A stretch of 34,025 bases of DNA from assembly GCA_025464275.1 (NCBI GenBank), contig JAODGR010000080.1:1-34025 (forward strand), in the 5' to 3' direction. The DNA is from Methanosarcinales archaeon (lineage in GTDB: Archaea > Halobacteriota > Syntropharchaeia > Alkanophagales > Methanospirareceae). The notes below the pieces were generated by a model. It searched no databases, was not told the origin of the DNA, and saw only the letters and a program-made list of their open reading frames with translations. The position numbers and the translations under genes were made by a program. Positions 23,242 to 32,652 of this stretch are shown here, piece after piece (position 1 is the stretch's first letter; each line of letters begins with the position of its first letter).

Positions 23242-24573
23242 ATGATGCGTCATGAGCTGGTGGTGGAGGGGAGGGTGGTGAATCCATGGGCGGTACATGA
23301 TACTGCCCAGATAGGGATAGACGGAGGGTTAATAACCGAGATAAAGAAGCAGGGTTTACAGGGCGAGAGGATGATAGAATTACCGGTTAAATGCCTGATT
23401 TTCCCCGGCTTCATCGACCTCCATGCGCATCTCAGGGAGGACAGCAGCGGTGGGTGGAACTATAAAGAGGACTTCAGGTCTGGCTCCGCAGCCGCACTCC
23501 ATGGCGGCGTTACCACCCTGGTGGATATGCCAAATACACCACTGCCAGGGGTGAATGCGGAACGATTGAGGTTGAAGAAGGAGCTTGCTCGCTCGAAATC
23601 CGAGCTTGATATCTTCTTCTACGGCGCTATTACCGGTACCAACATTGAGCATGTGGCTGATATGAGTAAAGAGGCGATAGGTTACAAGCTCTTCCTTGCT
23701 GACGGGCTATCATTGCATGAGTCGGAGCTACCGGAGGCATTCAGAGCAATTGAAGCTACCTCAAGACCCGCTGTGGTGCATTGTGAGGACCAGGAGCTGA
23801 TAGAAGAGCGTAGAGCCGAGTTGGAAGTGGTGGGGCTGAAGGCAGCGGGGGATGAGGACCTCCATTCCTGGCTCCGACCTCCACAGGCTGAACTGGCTGC
23901 GGTAAAAAAGGTTCTGAACTCCTATGGCATGAGCGATAGGCACAGGCTCAGGATTGACATCGCCCATATCTCGGTTTATGACTCACTGGTGCTGATAAGG
24001 TGCGCGGGTGGAAGTGCAGCTGGGGTTCACTGTGAGGTGACACCACACCATCTCTTCTTCAACAGGGAAGACCTGAGCGAGAGGAAGGGTTTTTTAAAGA
24101 CGAACCCGCCATTAAGAGGTGAAACAGACAGGTGTCAATTGCTGGATGCATTTAAAAGGGGCGAGATAGACTTCCTTGTGAGTGACCATGCCCCGCACAC
24201 GGTGGAGGAGAAGGCACTCGACCTCCCTGATGCCCCCGCCGGCGTTCCCAATCTCGATACCTTCGGCAACTTCGTTGCATGGCTCATATTCTCCCGCGGG
24301 GTCAATCCAGCACTTGTATCGAGGGTATGCGCGTATAATCCCGCGAAGTTCCTCGGGCTACGGGATAGGGGGAGCATAGAGGTGGGTAAGCGAGCGAACC
24401 TGACAATATTAGAGCATAGAAGTGTGAAGGTCTCCTCTGAGCAGTTGAAGACGAAATGTGGCTGGTCACCCTTTGAAGGCTTTGAATTCCCCGGTACAGT
24501 CAGGTATACGGTCGTCAATGGAGAGCCATTCTCCTTCACGGGCGGCGTCACAGCAACTTCAGATGCCCCGTGA
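23242..24573 (+). CDS. pyrC: Dihydroorotase (cyclic amidohydrolase family)
   Basis: [10 protein letters not shown] (HxH), GYKLFLA (carboxylated Lys), VHCED and VSDHAPH motifs. A related amidohydrolase such as allantoinase cannot be excluded by eye. Confidence 0.75.
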   Translation: MMRHELVVEGRVVNPWAVHDTAQIGIDGGLITEIKKQGLQGERMIELPVKCLIFPGFIDLHAHLREDSSGGWNYKEDFRSGSAAALHGGVTTLVDMPNTPLPGVNAERLRLKKELARSKSELDIFFYGAITGTNIEHVADMSKEAIGYKLFLADGLSLHESELPEAFRAIEATSRPAVVHCEDQELIEERRAELEVVGLKAAGDEDLHSWLRPPQAELAAVKKVLNSYGMSDRHRLRIDIAHISVYDSLVLIRCAGGSAAGVHCEVTPHHLFFNREDLSERKGFLKTNPPLRGETDRCQLLDAFKRGEIDFLVSDHAPHTVEEKALDLPDAPAGVPNLDTFGNFVAWLIFSRGVNPALVSRVCAYNPAKFLGLRDRGSIEVGKRANLTILEHRSVKVSSEQLKTKCGWSPFEGFEFPGTVRYTVVNGEPFSFTGGVTATSDAP

Positions 24574-24916
24574 CTCTGTCCACCGCTTCGGCACTTGCGG
24601 GTCCTATCCCGAGCGCGGTCACCGTTCCCGGGGGGACTTCGGTCAGCCCGGCATCTTCCACAACAGCGCATGGCAATCCGAGCATCTCCGCCTTTTCTCT
24701 CAGTTCTTTCAGTTCCTCAAGGCTGTTCACCTTCAGTACCACCTTCTTCTGACCCTGCCCCTTCCATCTCTCCCTGTCACGTCTCGAGGCGAGTTCGTAG
24801 CCCAGTATGGAGGCATGAGCAGCCTGTACAGCTATTTTACCCTTCGTGAGCTTTAAATCCGCCCTGATGACTATGCACTGCTTATACTCCTTCGCCGGTT
24901 CCGATTCTGATTCCAT
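24548..24916 (-). CDS. pth2: Peptidyl-tRNA hydrolase, archaeal Pth2 type
   Basis: The sequence runs [25 protein letters not shown]...[13 protein letters not shown]...[23 protein letters not shown]. 26-nt convergent overlap with pyrC. Confidence 0.9.
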   Translation of the reverse strand: MESESEPAKEYKQCIVIRADLKLTKGKIAVQAAHASILGYELASRRDRERWKGQGQKKVVLKVNSLEELKELREKAEMLGLPCAVVEDAGLTEVPPGTVTALGIGPASAEAVDRVTGHLKLL

Positions 24917-25042
24917 ATGGTCTGGATATGGACGTTATATTTATCTTACCCTTATCCGGGGTTTATTTTTTTATGGGTGAGGGGGATGGCGAGGGGGAGT
25001 GGAGTAGAAACAAAACATATTTATATTATTTCATGATGTATA

Positions 25043-25057
25043 GAAAGTTTTATATAC
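25043..25057 (+). promoter_or_regulatory. BRE/TATA candidate for ftsZ
   Basis: gaaagttttatatac is centred about 39 nt upstream of ATG 25091. That leaves a short leader containing the SD-like ggtgaag. Confidence 0.45.
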
Positions 25058-25090
25058 CCACCCCTTCCTTAGAATTTCTGGTGAAGAAGA

Positions 25091-26206
25091 ATGAAAGGGG
25101 ATATAGTAGAATATATGCCCATGCGTGAGGCAGAGACAGGGGATGACGAATTGTTCGGCGTGCCGAAGCTCGCCATCGTGGGCGTCGGTGGTGCAGGGAA
25201 CAATTCAATGAACAGATTGGAGCTGCTTGGTGGTCTGGAAGGTGTGGATAGGATAGCCATAAATACAGACAAGCTGCATCTGGACACGATAAAGTGCGAG
25301 AAGAAGCTCCTGATCGGGAAGTCCCTCACACACGGACTGGGAGCTGGTGGCTCGCCGGAGGTGGGGAGGAAAGCAGCAGAGATGGACAAGGAGAAGCTGA
25401 GAGAGCTGGTAACCGGCAAGAACTTCGTGTTCCTGACCGCAGGAATGGGTGGAGGGACAGGCACGGGTGCTTCACCCGTAGTTGCTGAGATAGCGAGGGA
25501 GGAGGGAGCAATTGTGGTTGCTATGGTCTCTTTCCCGTTCGCTGCGGAGCGGAGGAGGAGGATGAGAGCAGCAGAGGGGATAGAAGAGCTGAGGAAGTCA
25601 ACGGATACCGTTATCGTGCTGGAGAACGACAAGTTGCTGGAGCATGCGGGTGATAAGCCGGTGAACGAGGCATTTAAGGTGATGGACATGCTCATCGCCA
25701 CCACGATCCAGGGGATTACAGAGACGATAACGAAACCCTCGCTCGTTAACCTCGACTTCGCCGACCTGACCGCGGTGATGGCTGAGGGTGGTGTTGCAGT
25801 GATGCTCGTAGGCGAGACTACGAAATCAGATAACAAGCCAGAGGCAGTCGTTGCTGATGCACTCAGTCACCCGCTGCTGGAAGCGGACTACCAGGGTGCG
25901 AAAGGTGCTCTTATCCATATAACCGGTGGTGAGGACCTGCAGCTGAAAGAGACGAACGATATCGTGGAGCTGCTCACATACGACCTGAATCCAGATGCGA
26001 ATGTGATATGGGGTGCGCGCATAAATGAGGATTTCGATGGTAGAGTGAGAGTAACAGCGATATTGACCGGAGTGGAGCCGAAATGGGTGTTTGGCGGGAA
26101 GTACAGCCAGAAGGATGTGAATACCAGCGCTTCGGCGCGGGGCAGGACCAGGAACGGGAACGGGAACAGGATCGAGAGCCTTATACCCATCATCGGGAGT
26201 AACTGA
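25091..26206 (+). CDS. ftsZ: Cell division GTPase FtsZ
   Basis: GVGGAGNN and GMGGGTGTGASPVVA tubulin signature. A C-terminal low-complexity tail (GRTRNGNGNR) is built on hexamer repeats at 26153-26188. Confidence 0.95.
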   Translation: MKGDIVEYMPMREAETGDDELFGVPKLAIVGVGGAGNNSMNRLELLGGLEGVDRIAINTDKLHLDTIKCEKKLLIGKSLTHGLGAGGSPEVGRKAAEMDKEKLRELVTGKNFVFLTAGMGGGTGTGASPVVAEIAREEGAIVVAMVSFPFAAERRRRMRAAEGIEELRKSTDTVIVLENDKLLEHAGDKPVNEAFKVMDMLIATTIQGITETITKPSLVNLDFADLTAVMAEGGVAVMLVGETTKSDNKPEAVVADALSHPLLEADYQGAKGALIHITGGEDLQLKETNDIVELLTYDLNPDANVIWGARINEDFDGRVRVTAILTGVEPKWVFGGKYSQKDVNTSASARGRTRNGNGNRIESLIPIIGSN

Positions 26207-26308
26207 GGGGACCACCACTTTATTTCCCCCTCACCCCTCCCGCTCCGCTCCACTCCACTCTTTCTCTTCCTCTTTTTTTTATTTATGCTCCAGGAGCTTA
26301 TTCATTAA

Positions 26309-26594
26309 TAGGAGGAGAGAGGAAGGGCAGCTGCCGGTCTTCGCTTCGAAGGCTGAGGAAAGTCCCCCCACCATAAAAACACGAATGCCGAGAGGGCATA
26401 AGGCGAGAGTCTTGGCTCTGGTATAGAAACGATACCGCGCCATACCTACATGCGATGATTCCGTGAGGATGAGGTCGTATGGTGGCGGATGGAACGACCA
26501 ACCTCGTGGGTGCAAGCCCGTATCCCGTTAAGGGATGGGCGCATAGATAAATGCTGCGGAAACAGAAGGGGGCTTACTCTCCTCACTCCTCCTA
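26309..26594 (+). ncRNA. rnpB: RNase P RNA (archaeal)
   Basis: Universal CR-I GAGGAAAGTCC (26355-26365). CR-V ACAGAAGGGGGCTTA (26562-26576). P1 pairing between gaggagag (26312-26319) and ctctcctc (26577-26584). The region has no credible coding potential. TATA-like ttttatttat lies at 26276-26285. The ends are approximate to within about 5 nt. Confidence 0.85.
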
Positions 26595-26642
26595 AAAAAT
26601 CACCTCCTTCACGCTACACAGCAGACAACAGACAACAGAGAT

Positions 26643-29573
26643 ATGGTATACAATCAGGGAGTTTTTTCCCTATTCTCCATCCCCATTCAGCGAGCCCTTG
26701 CAGATAAGGGCTTTCTTACACCCACGGAGGCGCAGGTAAAGGCTATACCGCCGATAATGGCGGGTAGAAATGTATTATTGATAGCACCCACCGCGAGCGG
26801 GAAGACGGAAGCCGCGTTTTTACCCGTTGCTGATGCGTTGATTCGCGCTCGAGATGGAGCACAGGCACCCCTGCCCGGGATAAAAGCGCTCTACATAACA
26901 CCGCTGAAAGCATTGAACAGGGATATGCTCTTGCGACTCCAGTGGTGGTGTAAACGGGTTGACCTGCGACTCGGTGTGCGCCATGGCGATACCGCACCGA
27001 GGGAGAGGGAAGCACAGGCGATGGTACCGCCCGATATACTGATTACCACACCGGAGACCTTACAGGCGCTACTGCCAGGGCGGATAATGCGTAAGCATCT
27101 CGCTTCGGTCAGGTGGGTGATTGTGGATGAGGTGCACGAGCTGGCATGCGATAAGCGTGGCTCGCAGCTGGCACTGGCGCTGGAACGGCTCCGGTATATA
27201 AAGGGTGGGGATTTCCAGCTCATCGGCTTATCTGCCACCATAGGCTCTCCGGAGCGAGTGGCGAAGTTCCTCGTCGGCTCTGAGCGCGATTGTGAGGTGG
27301 TCAATGTCCCGGTATCGCGGTCTATGCAGATTGAGGTCTATTACCCGGTAGCCAGGGGAGAGGATTACGAGCTCGCAAAGGAGCTATATACATATCCCGA
27401 AGTCGCGGCTCGATTACGGGTGATGAGGGAGCTGATAGAGGAGCATAAATCCACACTGGTATTCACCAATACCCGCTCCCTGGCTGAAATACTGGGTAGC
27501 AGGTTCCGTGTCTGGGACCTTAACTTCCCGGTTGGACTCCATCATGGCTCATTATCCAGATTTTCACGTGTCAATGCCGAGCGAGGGATAAAAGAGGGTA
27601 AACTACACGGTATCATCTGCACGAGCTCCCTGGAGCTGGGGATAGACGTTGGGCGGCTGGATTTCGTCATCCAGTACAACTCGCCACGACAGGTGACGAG
27701 GCTATTGCAGCGTGTGGGGAGGAGCGGGCACAGGATTGGGGGTACTGCATCGGGAGCGATAATAGTTCAGGATTCTGATGATGCACTTGAGGCACTGGTG
27801 ATTGCGCGCAGGGCATTTGCGGAAGAGCTGGAACCTGCGGAGATACCGGAGAAACCCCTTGATGTACTGGCGCATCAAATAGCCGGTCTGCTCATGATAA
27901 AGCGGAGATGGAGTTTTGAAGAGGCTCTGAGCCTGATAAGGAGAGCGTACCCGTACAGGGAGCTGGAGGAGCACGAGCTGGTATCGGTATTGCAGTACAT
28001 GCATTCCAGGATACCCAGGCTCGTATGGTTCTCTGCAGCGGATAGGGTATTCCTGCGCCCACAGCGGATACAGCCACTCTACACCTATTATTTCGAGCAT
28101 CTCTCCATGATCCCGGAGGAGAAGCACTTCCTCGTCATCGAGGAATGCAGTGGCAACCCGGTAGGGCTCCTGGATGAGGCTTTCGTCGCTGAATACGGCG
28201 AGCCGGGGAAGAAGTTCATCGAGGGTGGGCGCGTATGGAAGATACTCCATCTCTATGGCGATAGAATATACGTGAAGGAGGAAGAAGACCCAGCAGGCTC
28301 GATACCGAGCTGGGTGGGTGAGGAGATTCCGGTGCCTTATGCCGTGGCGAACGAAGTGGGTGAGATAAGAGCCGCGGTAGCGGAGCAGCTCGGGCGAGGC
28401 AGGAGTATCGAGGCGATTGCAGAAGAGCTCAGGAGTGAAAAGGGGTATCCATGCAGTAAGGAAGTGGCTATCCGGGCGCTGGAGGAGGTGTACAGGCAGG
28501 TGGAGGGCGGCTATCCGGTGCCAACCGGGAGGCAACTCACGATTGAGCGATGTAAGGATTACATAATTGTACAGTGTGCCTTCGGTCTGCGAGTGAACAG
28601 GACACTGGGCATGTTAATCGCTACCCTCATCTCTGACAGGACAGGTACGCCCGTGGGGGTGCAGCATGACCCCTACCGGATATCGCTGAGGACAGAGTTA
28701 GAGTTAGAACCCGAGGATGTCGCGGCTATAATTCACGAATTGAGCACCTGCGCCTGCGCATGCACAGCCGGAGGTACAGGTATAGAAGAGCTGGCACTCC
28801 GTGCATTACGGAGGAGCAGGCTATTTAAAAGGCGGTTCATTCACGTGGCAAGGCGGTTTGGTGCTATTGCAAGAGATGCGTCACTGACCGACCTCGACCT
28901 TGAGAGCCTGATAGCGGGCTTTGAAGGCTCTGCGGTATTCGAGGAGGCAATCAGGGAATCGCGGGATAAAGATGTTGATATAGAGCAGACAGCGGAGGTG
29001 TTAATCCGGTTGGGTGCCGGTGAGCTGGGGATAGCGCGGCTCTGTTCCAGCAAGGAGAAGCGCGAGTGTAGCCCCATAGCGAGCATGATGGAGGTGGTGA
29101 AACGGGGCTACGAACTGATTCCACCGCAGAGGATGCACCAGGCGATCACGAGATACGTGATGGCGAGGTTACTGAATGAGGAACTGACATTTGTATGCAC
29201 ATCATGTTTCCGGTTTGTGAGAGTGAAGCGTGTAATTGATGCGAGTAAGGAGTTCGAGTTGAACTTGAAGCTAAAATGCCCGGAATGTGGCTCAACACGT
29301 ATAGGAGCAGTGAAAGCAGAAGAGGAAGAAGTGAGGAAGGAGACGAGCCGAAAAGGGGGCAGTATAATCACAGAGGCGAATCAATCGGCGGATTTAATCG
29401 CCCGTTATGGCAGAGCTGCTCTGCTCGCTCTCGCAGGTAGAGGACTCGGGGTAGGCGATGCGGGGGAGATACTGAAAGAAGGGAGCGAGGTGAACGAGCG
29501 GCTTGTAGAGCTTATAATGATGAGAGAGAAGGAGATACTGAAACAGAAGTTTTACAGAAGGAGAAGGGGCTGA
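26643..29573 (+). CDS. lhr: Lhr-type large superfamily-2 DEAD/DEAH-box helicase with a C-terminal Zn-ribbon
   Basis: Motif I APTASGKT, II DEVHE, III SAT (LSATIGS), VI QRVGRSGHR. Long Lhr-like C-terminal extension. CTSC...CPECG zinc ribbon near residue 880-900. Confidence 0.8.
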   Translation: MVYNQGVFSLFSIPIQRALADKGFLTPTEAQVKAIPPIMAGRNVLLIAPTASGKTEAAFLPVADALIRARDGAQAPLPGIKALYITPLKALNRDMLLRLQWWCKRVDLRLGVRHGDTAPREREAQAMVPPDILITTPETLQALLPGRIMRKHLASVRWVIVDEVHELACDKRGSQLALALERLRYIKGGDFQLIGLSATIGSPERVAKFLVGSERDCEVVNVPVSRSMQIEVYYPVARGEDYELAKELYTYPEVAARLRVMRELIEEHKSTLVFTNTRSLAEILGSRFRVWDLNFPVGLHHGSLSRFSRVNAERGIKEGKLHGIICTSSLELGIDVGRLDFVIQYNSPRQVTRLLQRVGRSGHRIGGTASGAIIVQDSDDALEALVIARRAFAEELEPAEIPEKPLDVLAHQIAGLLMIKRRWSFEEALSLIRRAYPYRELEEHELVSVLQYMHSRIPRLVWFSAADRVFLRPQRIQPLYTYYFEHLSMIPEEKHFLVIEECSGNPVGLLDEAFVAEYGEPGKKFIEGGRVWKILHLYGDRIYVKEEEDPAGSIPSWVGEEIPVPYAVANEVGEIRAAVAEQLGRGRSIEAIAEELRSEKGYPCSKEVAIRALEEVYRQVEGGYPVPTGRQLTIERCKDYIIVQCAFGLRVNRTLGMLIATLISDRTGTPVGVQHDPYRISLRTELELEPEDVAAIIHELSTCACACTAGGTGIEELALRALRRSRLFKRRFIHVARRFGAIARDASLTDLDLESLIAGFEGSAVFEEAIRESRDKDVDIEQTAEVLIRLGAGELGIARLCSSKEKRECSPIASMMEVVKRGYELIPPQRMHQAITRYVMARLLNEELTFVCTSCFRFVRVKRVIDASKEFELNLKLKCPECGSTRIGAVKAEEEEVRKETSRKGGSIITEANQSADLIARYGRAALLALAGRGLGVGDAGEILKEGSEVNERLVELIMMREKEILKQKFYRRRRG

Positions 29574-29607
29574 ATATTCCTTCTCTTTCATCCAGCCACA
29601 CGGTCAC

Positions 29608-31257
29608 TCACTCAGAGGTGGAGCAGAAATACCCTATCGCAGGTATGAAATCCTTCTTACGTGACATTGTACCCGGGAGGAGGCATTCATCATCCTCCAC
29701 TTCCACCTCGAATGCCCGCTCGATTATCTGCTTGTCTCCCTTAACAAGTACCTTCTCACCCTTCTTCAATGGATTGGTGATGAGAAAAGCGAGCAGGTCA
29801 TATCGTTTAGCTTTACGCAGCCGCTCCATCTCCTGCTTTAACGCATCCTTCTTCGTTTCTATCTCGTGCTCGTCCAGCACCATTATCTGACCTACGCCCA
29901 CGCGCTTATCACCGAGCTGATACTCTTTGAAGTCGTGGAGCAGGATATCTCGTGCACTCATCCCTTTTATATCTGTACTCGCACTCAGGAGTTCTTTACC
30001 ATACCCTTCTATGGAGAGCTCGAGCATCGCAGCGAGCTGTTCTGCAATCTCCCTATCATGCTCCGTGGTGGTGCTCAGTGCCAGGATTAATGTATCAGAG
30101 AGGATACCAGAGAGGAGCAGACCCGCGATATCACGCGGGATATCTATTTGATGGAGGAACATGAAATCTGCAATGATTGTGCATGTACTCCCCACCGGCT
30201 CATTGTGCACCTTGATGGGCATCATTGTGGATATATCACCAACGCGATGATGGTCTATGATCTCCAGTATCTCCGCTTCCTGTACCCCTTCTACCGCCTG
30301 TGTCAGCTCATTGTGGTCAACCAGAATGACCTTCTTCCTTATCGGCTGCAGTAAATCCGTGCGTGTAACTATGCTTATCAATCGCCGGGCACCATCCACG
30401 AGCAGCACGCACCGGTATTTCGAGTTCATTATCTTACGTTTCAGCTCTGCGATGGGCGTATAAAGCCCTGCTACCGGCACGTCTCGCTCCATTATCGCGT
30501 GGAGTGGTATGGATAAATCGAGTAATTTCGCGGTGGTGAAGGTGTCATGAGGCGAGGAGATGATGAGAGTCCCCTTCTTCGATGCCAGTTCGATGACTTC
30601 CTGGCTGACAGTGCTGTTGCCGGTGATTATGAGTGCGGAACACCCGGAGTTGATGAGGTCTATCTGTACATCCGTCCGGTCACCGAGGATGACCACATCA
30701 CCTGGTCGGACTTTATTCAAAATGGTGACCTTCTGCATAGCGGCGATGAAGATCCTGCCGGTTAATTGCTCGATACCCGCTGGATTGATGATCACCTTCC
30801 CATCCAGCGCATCTACCAGGGTGTTCAGGTTAATGGATGTACGAGAGAGGTAACTGAGACCCATGGTCTCGATATAGTGCTCGGCGATGTCCTTCAAACC
30901 AACAATCCCCAGCAGCTTCCTGCTCGCATCCACCACAGGTACCGTGCGGATGTTCTTCTGCTTCATCAGGGAAGCGACATACCGGAGCGAATCGTGCGGG
31001 AATGCCACGATGGGCTTCTTCAGTTCCATATCGCTCGCCACGGGTGCAAGGCTCTCTATCTCTATCGGGCATTCGATACCGAATCGTTCGAGCACGAATT
31101 GCGTCTCGCTATTCAAACTGCCCGCTCTCGCCGGGATATACCGATAATGCTTATCCATGATATTCTTGAAGTATGCATACGCAATAGCAGCGCATATGGA
31201 ATCGCAATCCGGGTTTTTGTGTCCAATAACAATGACTTCCTGTTGCATCCGTCTCAA
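29608..31257 (-). CDS. CBS-domain family II (DHH/DHHA2) inorganic pyrophosphatase with a DRTGG insert
   Basis: IGHKNPDCDSICAAIAYA, IIDHHRVGD, a CBS pair region and ILGDRTDVQ (DRTGG-like). The longest ORF starts at TTG 31257; ATG 31248 (MQQEVIVIGH) is more likely. Confidence 0.8.
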   Translation of the reverse strand: MRRMQQEVIVIGHKNPDCDSICAAIAYAYFKNIMDKHYRYIPARAGSLNSETQFVLERFGIECPIEIESLAPVASDMELKKPIVAFPHDSLRYVASLMKQKNIRTVPVVDASRKLLGIVGLKDIAEHYIETMGLSYLSRTSINLNTLVDALDGKVIINPAGIEQLTGRIFIAAMQKVTILNKVRPGDVVILGDRTDVQIDLINSGCSALIITGNSTVSQEVIELASKKGTLIISSPHDTFTTAKLLDLSIPLHAIMERDVPVAGLYTPIAELKRKIMNSKYRCVLLVDGARRLISIVTRTDLLQPIRKKVILVDHNELTQAVEGVQEAEILEIIDHHRVGDISTMMPIKVHNEPVGSTCTIIADFMFLHQIDIPRDIAGLLLSGILSDTLILALSTTTEHDREIAEQLAAMLELSIEGYGKELLSASTDIKGMSARDILLHDFKEYQLGDKRVGVGQIMVLDEHEIETKKDALKQEMERLRKAKRYDLLAFLITNPLKKGEKVLVKGDKQIIERAFEVEVEDDECLLPGTMSRKKDFIPAIGYFCSTSE

Positions 31258-31320
31258 TCCTCTTTAATTCCTCTTCTCTATTTCTTTATTCTATCCTATT
31301 CTATTATCCTATCCCACCCT

Positions 31321-32613
31321 TTATTTTACTATTTTAGTGGCAACCAGATAAGTACTACTCGCATCCACCACCCGGGCATTGCAGAAGTAACCAGGAGGTA
31401 ACTCCTCACCCATTATTATCGTCTTATATGAGGGGTCGCGTGCAATCATACCGCCCTTACTGCCGCGTTCAGTGACCAAGACGGGTAATTCACGCCCTAT
31501 CAGGTCGGTATTCGTGGCAAGTGCTATCTGATGATAAACGGCAGAGAGCACTCGCGACCTCTGCTTCTTCTCTCGCTCGAGCATGTCCTTATGCTTCGCT
31601 GCCTCTGTCCCTGGTCGCGGTGAGAATCGTGTAATATTCACCTTCTCCGGCTTTGTCTCCTCCAGCAGGTGCAGAGATGCGCGGAAATCGTCCTCATCCT
31701 CTGTGGGGTACCCGACGATAAAATCGGTACAGATGGTGCAGTAGTGGAATCGCCTCCTTATACTCCTCACTATCTCCAGGAAGTCATCAACTGTGTAATT
31801 CCGCCGCATCTCCCTGAGCACACTGTCAGAGCCAGACTGGACCGGCACATGGAAGAATTTGAATACCTTATCGGAGTCGAAGGCATCGAGGAGTTCATCT
31901 ATGATATGCATGAGTGTGCATGGATTCATCATACCTATCCGGAGTCTGAAATCGCCTTCCACCTCCGTCAGCAGCTCTAATAACTCAGGCAGTTTCACAT
32001 CACGGTCGAATCCGTATGCGGCGCAATCCTGAGCGGTGATTCTTATCTCTTTCAGCCCGCTCGCCACTGCGGTCTCCAAGGCTCTCCGTATCTTACGGGG
32101 TTCGTGACTCCTCAGTCGTCCCCTCGCTCTCTTTACAATGCAATAGGTACATTCACCAAGACAGCCCATTGCTATGGGGATTATGCCCACCACAGAGGAG
32201 TACAAACTTGCAAACTCAAAGTCGAAATCCATGATTGGATATAGCTCATCCGGGGTTATCACGGGTGTATCATCGCCCAGAACGCGCTTAACCAGCTCTG
32301 GCTGTGCCGCTGGCATACAGCCTGCGACGATTATCTTCTTGCTCTGATTCTTCAGTGCCACCAGATGTTTCACCACGTTCAGTTCCGTACGCTTCGTCAC
32401 GGTGCATGTATTCACGATTACATAATCGGCTTCTTCAGTATCGCGCACCAGCCGGTACCCCTCCCTCTTCAGTAGTGCACGTAGCTTCTCCGTATCCCCG
32501 GCATTGGCGGTACAGCCGAAGGTTTCTATGCACACTTTCGCACCCGTGAGGGGTATAAAAGTGCCCAGGACCCTCTCCAATTTTGACATATCCCTTAGGA
32601 TACGTTCTGGCAT
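31321..32613 (-). CDS. MiaB-like radical SAM methylthiotransferase, archaeal/eukaryotic MtaB (CDKAL1-like) type
   Basis: N-terminal UPF0004 cysteines (ETFGCTANAGD, NTCTV). Radical SAM CLGECTYC. C-terminal TRAM-like domain. Confidence 0.8.
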   Translation of the reverse strand: MPERILRDMSKLERVLGTFIPLTGAKVCIETFGCTANAGDTEKLRALLKREGYRLVRDTEEADYVIVNTCTVTKRTELNVVKHLVALKNQSKKIIVAGCMPAAQPELVKRVLGDDTPVITPDELYPIMDFDFEFASLYSSVVGIIPIAMGCLGECTYCIVKRARGRLRSHEPRKIRRALETAVASGLKEIRITAQDCAAYGFDRDVKLPELLELLTEVEGDFRLRIGMMNPCTLMHIIDELLDAFDSDKVFKFFHVPVQSGSDSVLREMRRNYTVDDFLEIVRSIRRRFHYCTICTDFIVGYPTEDEDDFRASLHLLEETKPEKVNITRFSPRPGTEAAKHKDMLEREKKQRSRVLSAVYHQIALATNTDLIGRELPVLVTERGSKGGMIARDPSYKTIIMGEELPPGYFCNARVVDASSTYLVATKIVK

Positions 32614-32652
32614 GCCTGGATGATAGTAAGATATAATATAAGGTATAAGGTA

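Noticed and set aside
24135-24856. 178-aa minus and 132-aa plus ORFs around the pyrC/pth2 junction
   Set aside because: They overlap the supported pyrC and pth2 frames and have no recognisable motifs.
25069-25836. 255-aa minus-strand ORF
   Set aside because: It lies entirely antisense to ftsZ, whose tubulin signatures are unambiguous. Its Ser/Pro/Ala-rich low-complexity translation is typical of a shadow frame.
26279-26707. Three ORFs of 67-78 aa between ftsZ and lhr
   Set aside because: They overlap the RNase P RNA gene (CR-I and CR-V present). Their coding potential is an artefact.
27702-28535. 277-aa minus-strand ORF, plus 26743..27015, 26891..27304, 28841..29086 and 29108..29371
   Set aside because: All are antisense to the Lhr-type helicase CDS and have no motifs. 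They are shadow ORFs in GC-balanced coding DNA.
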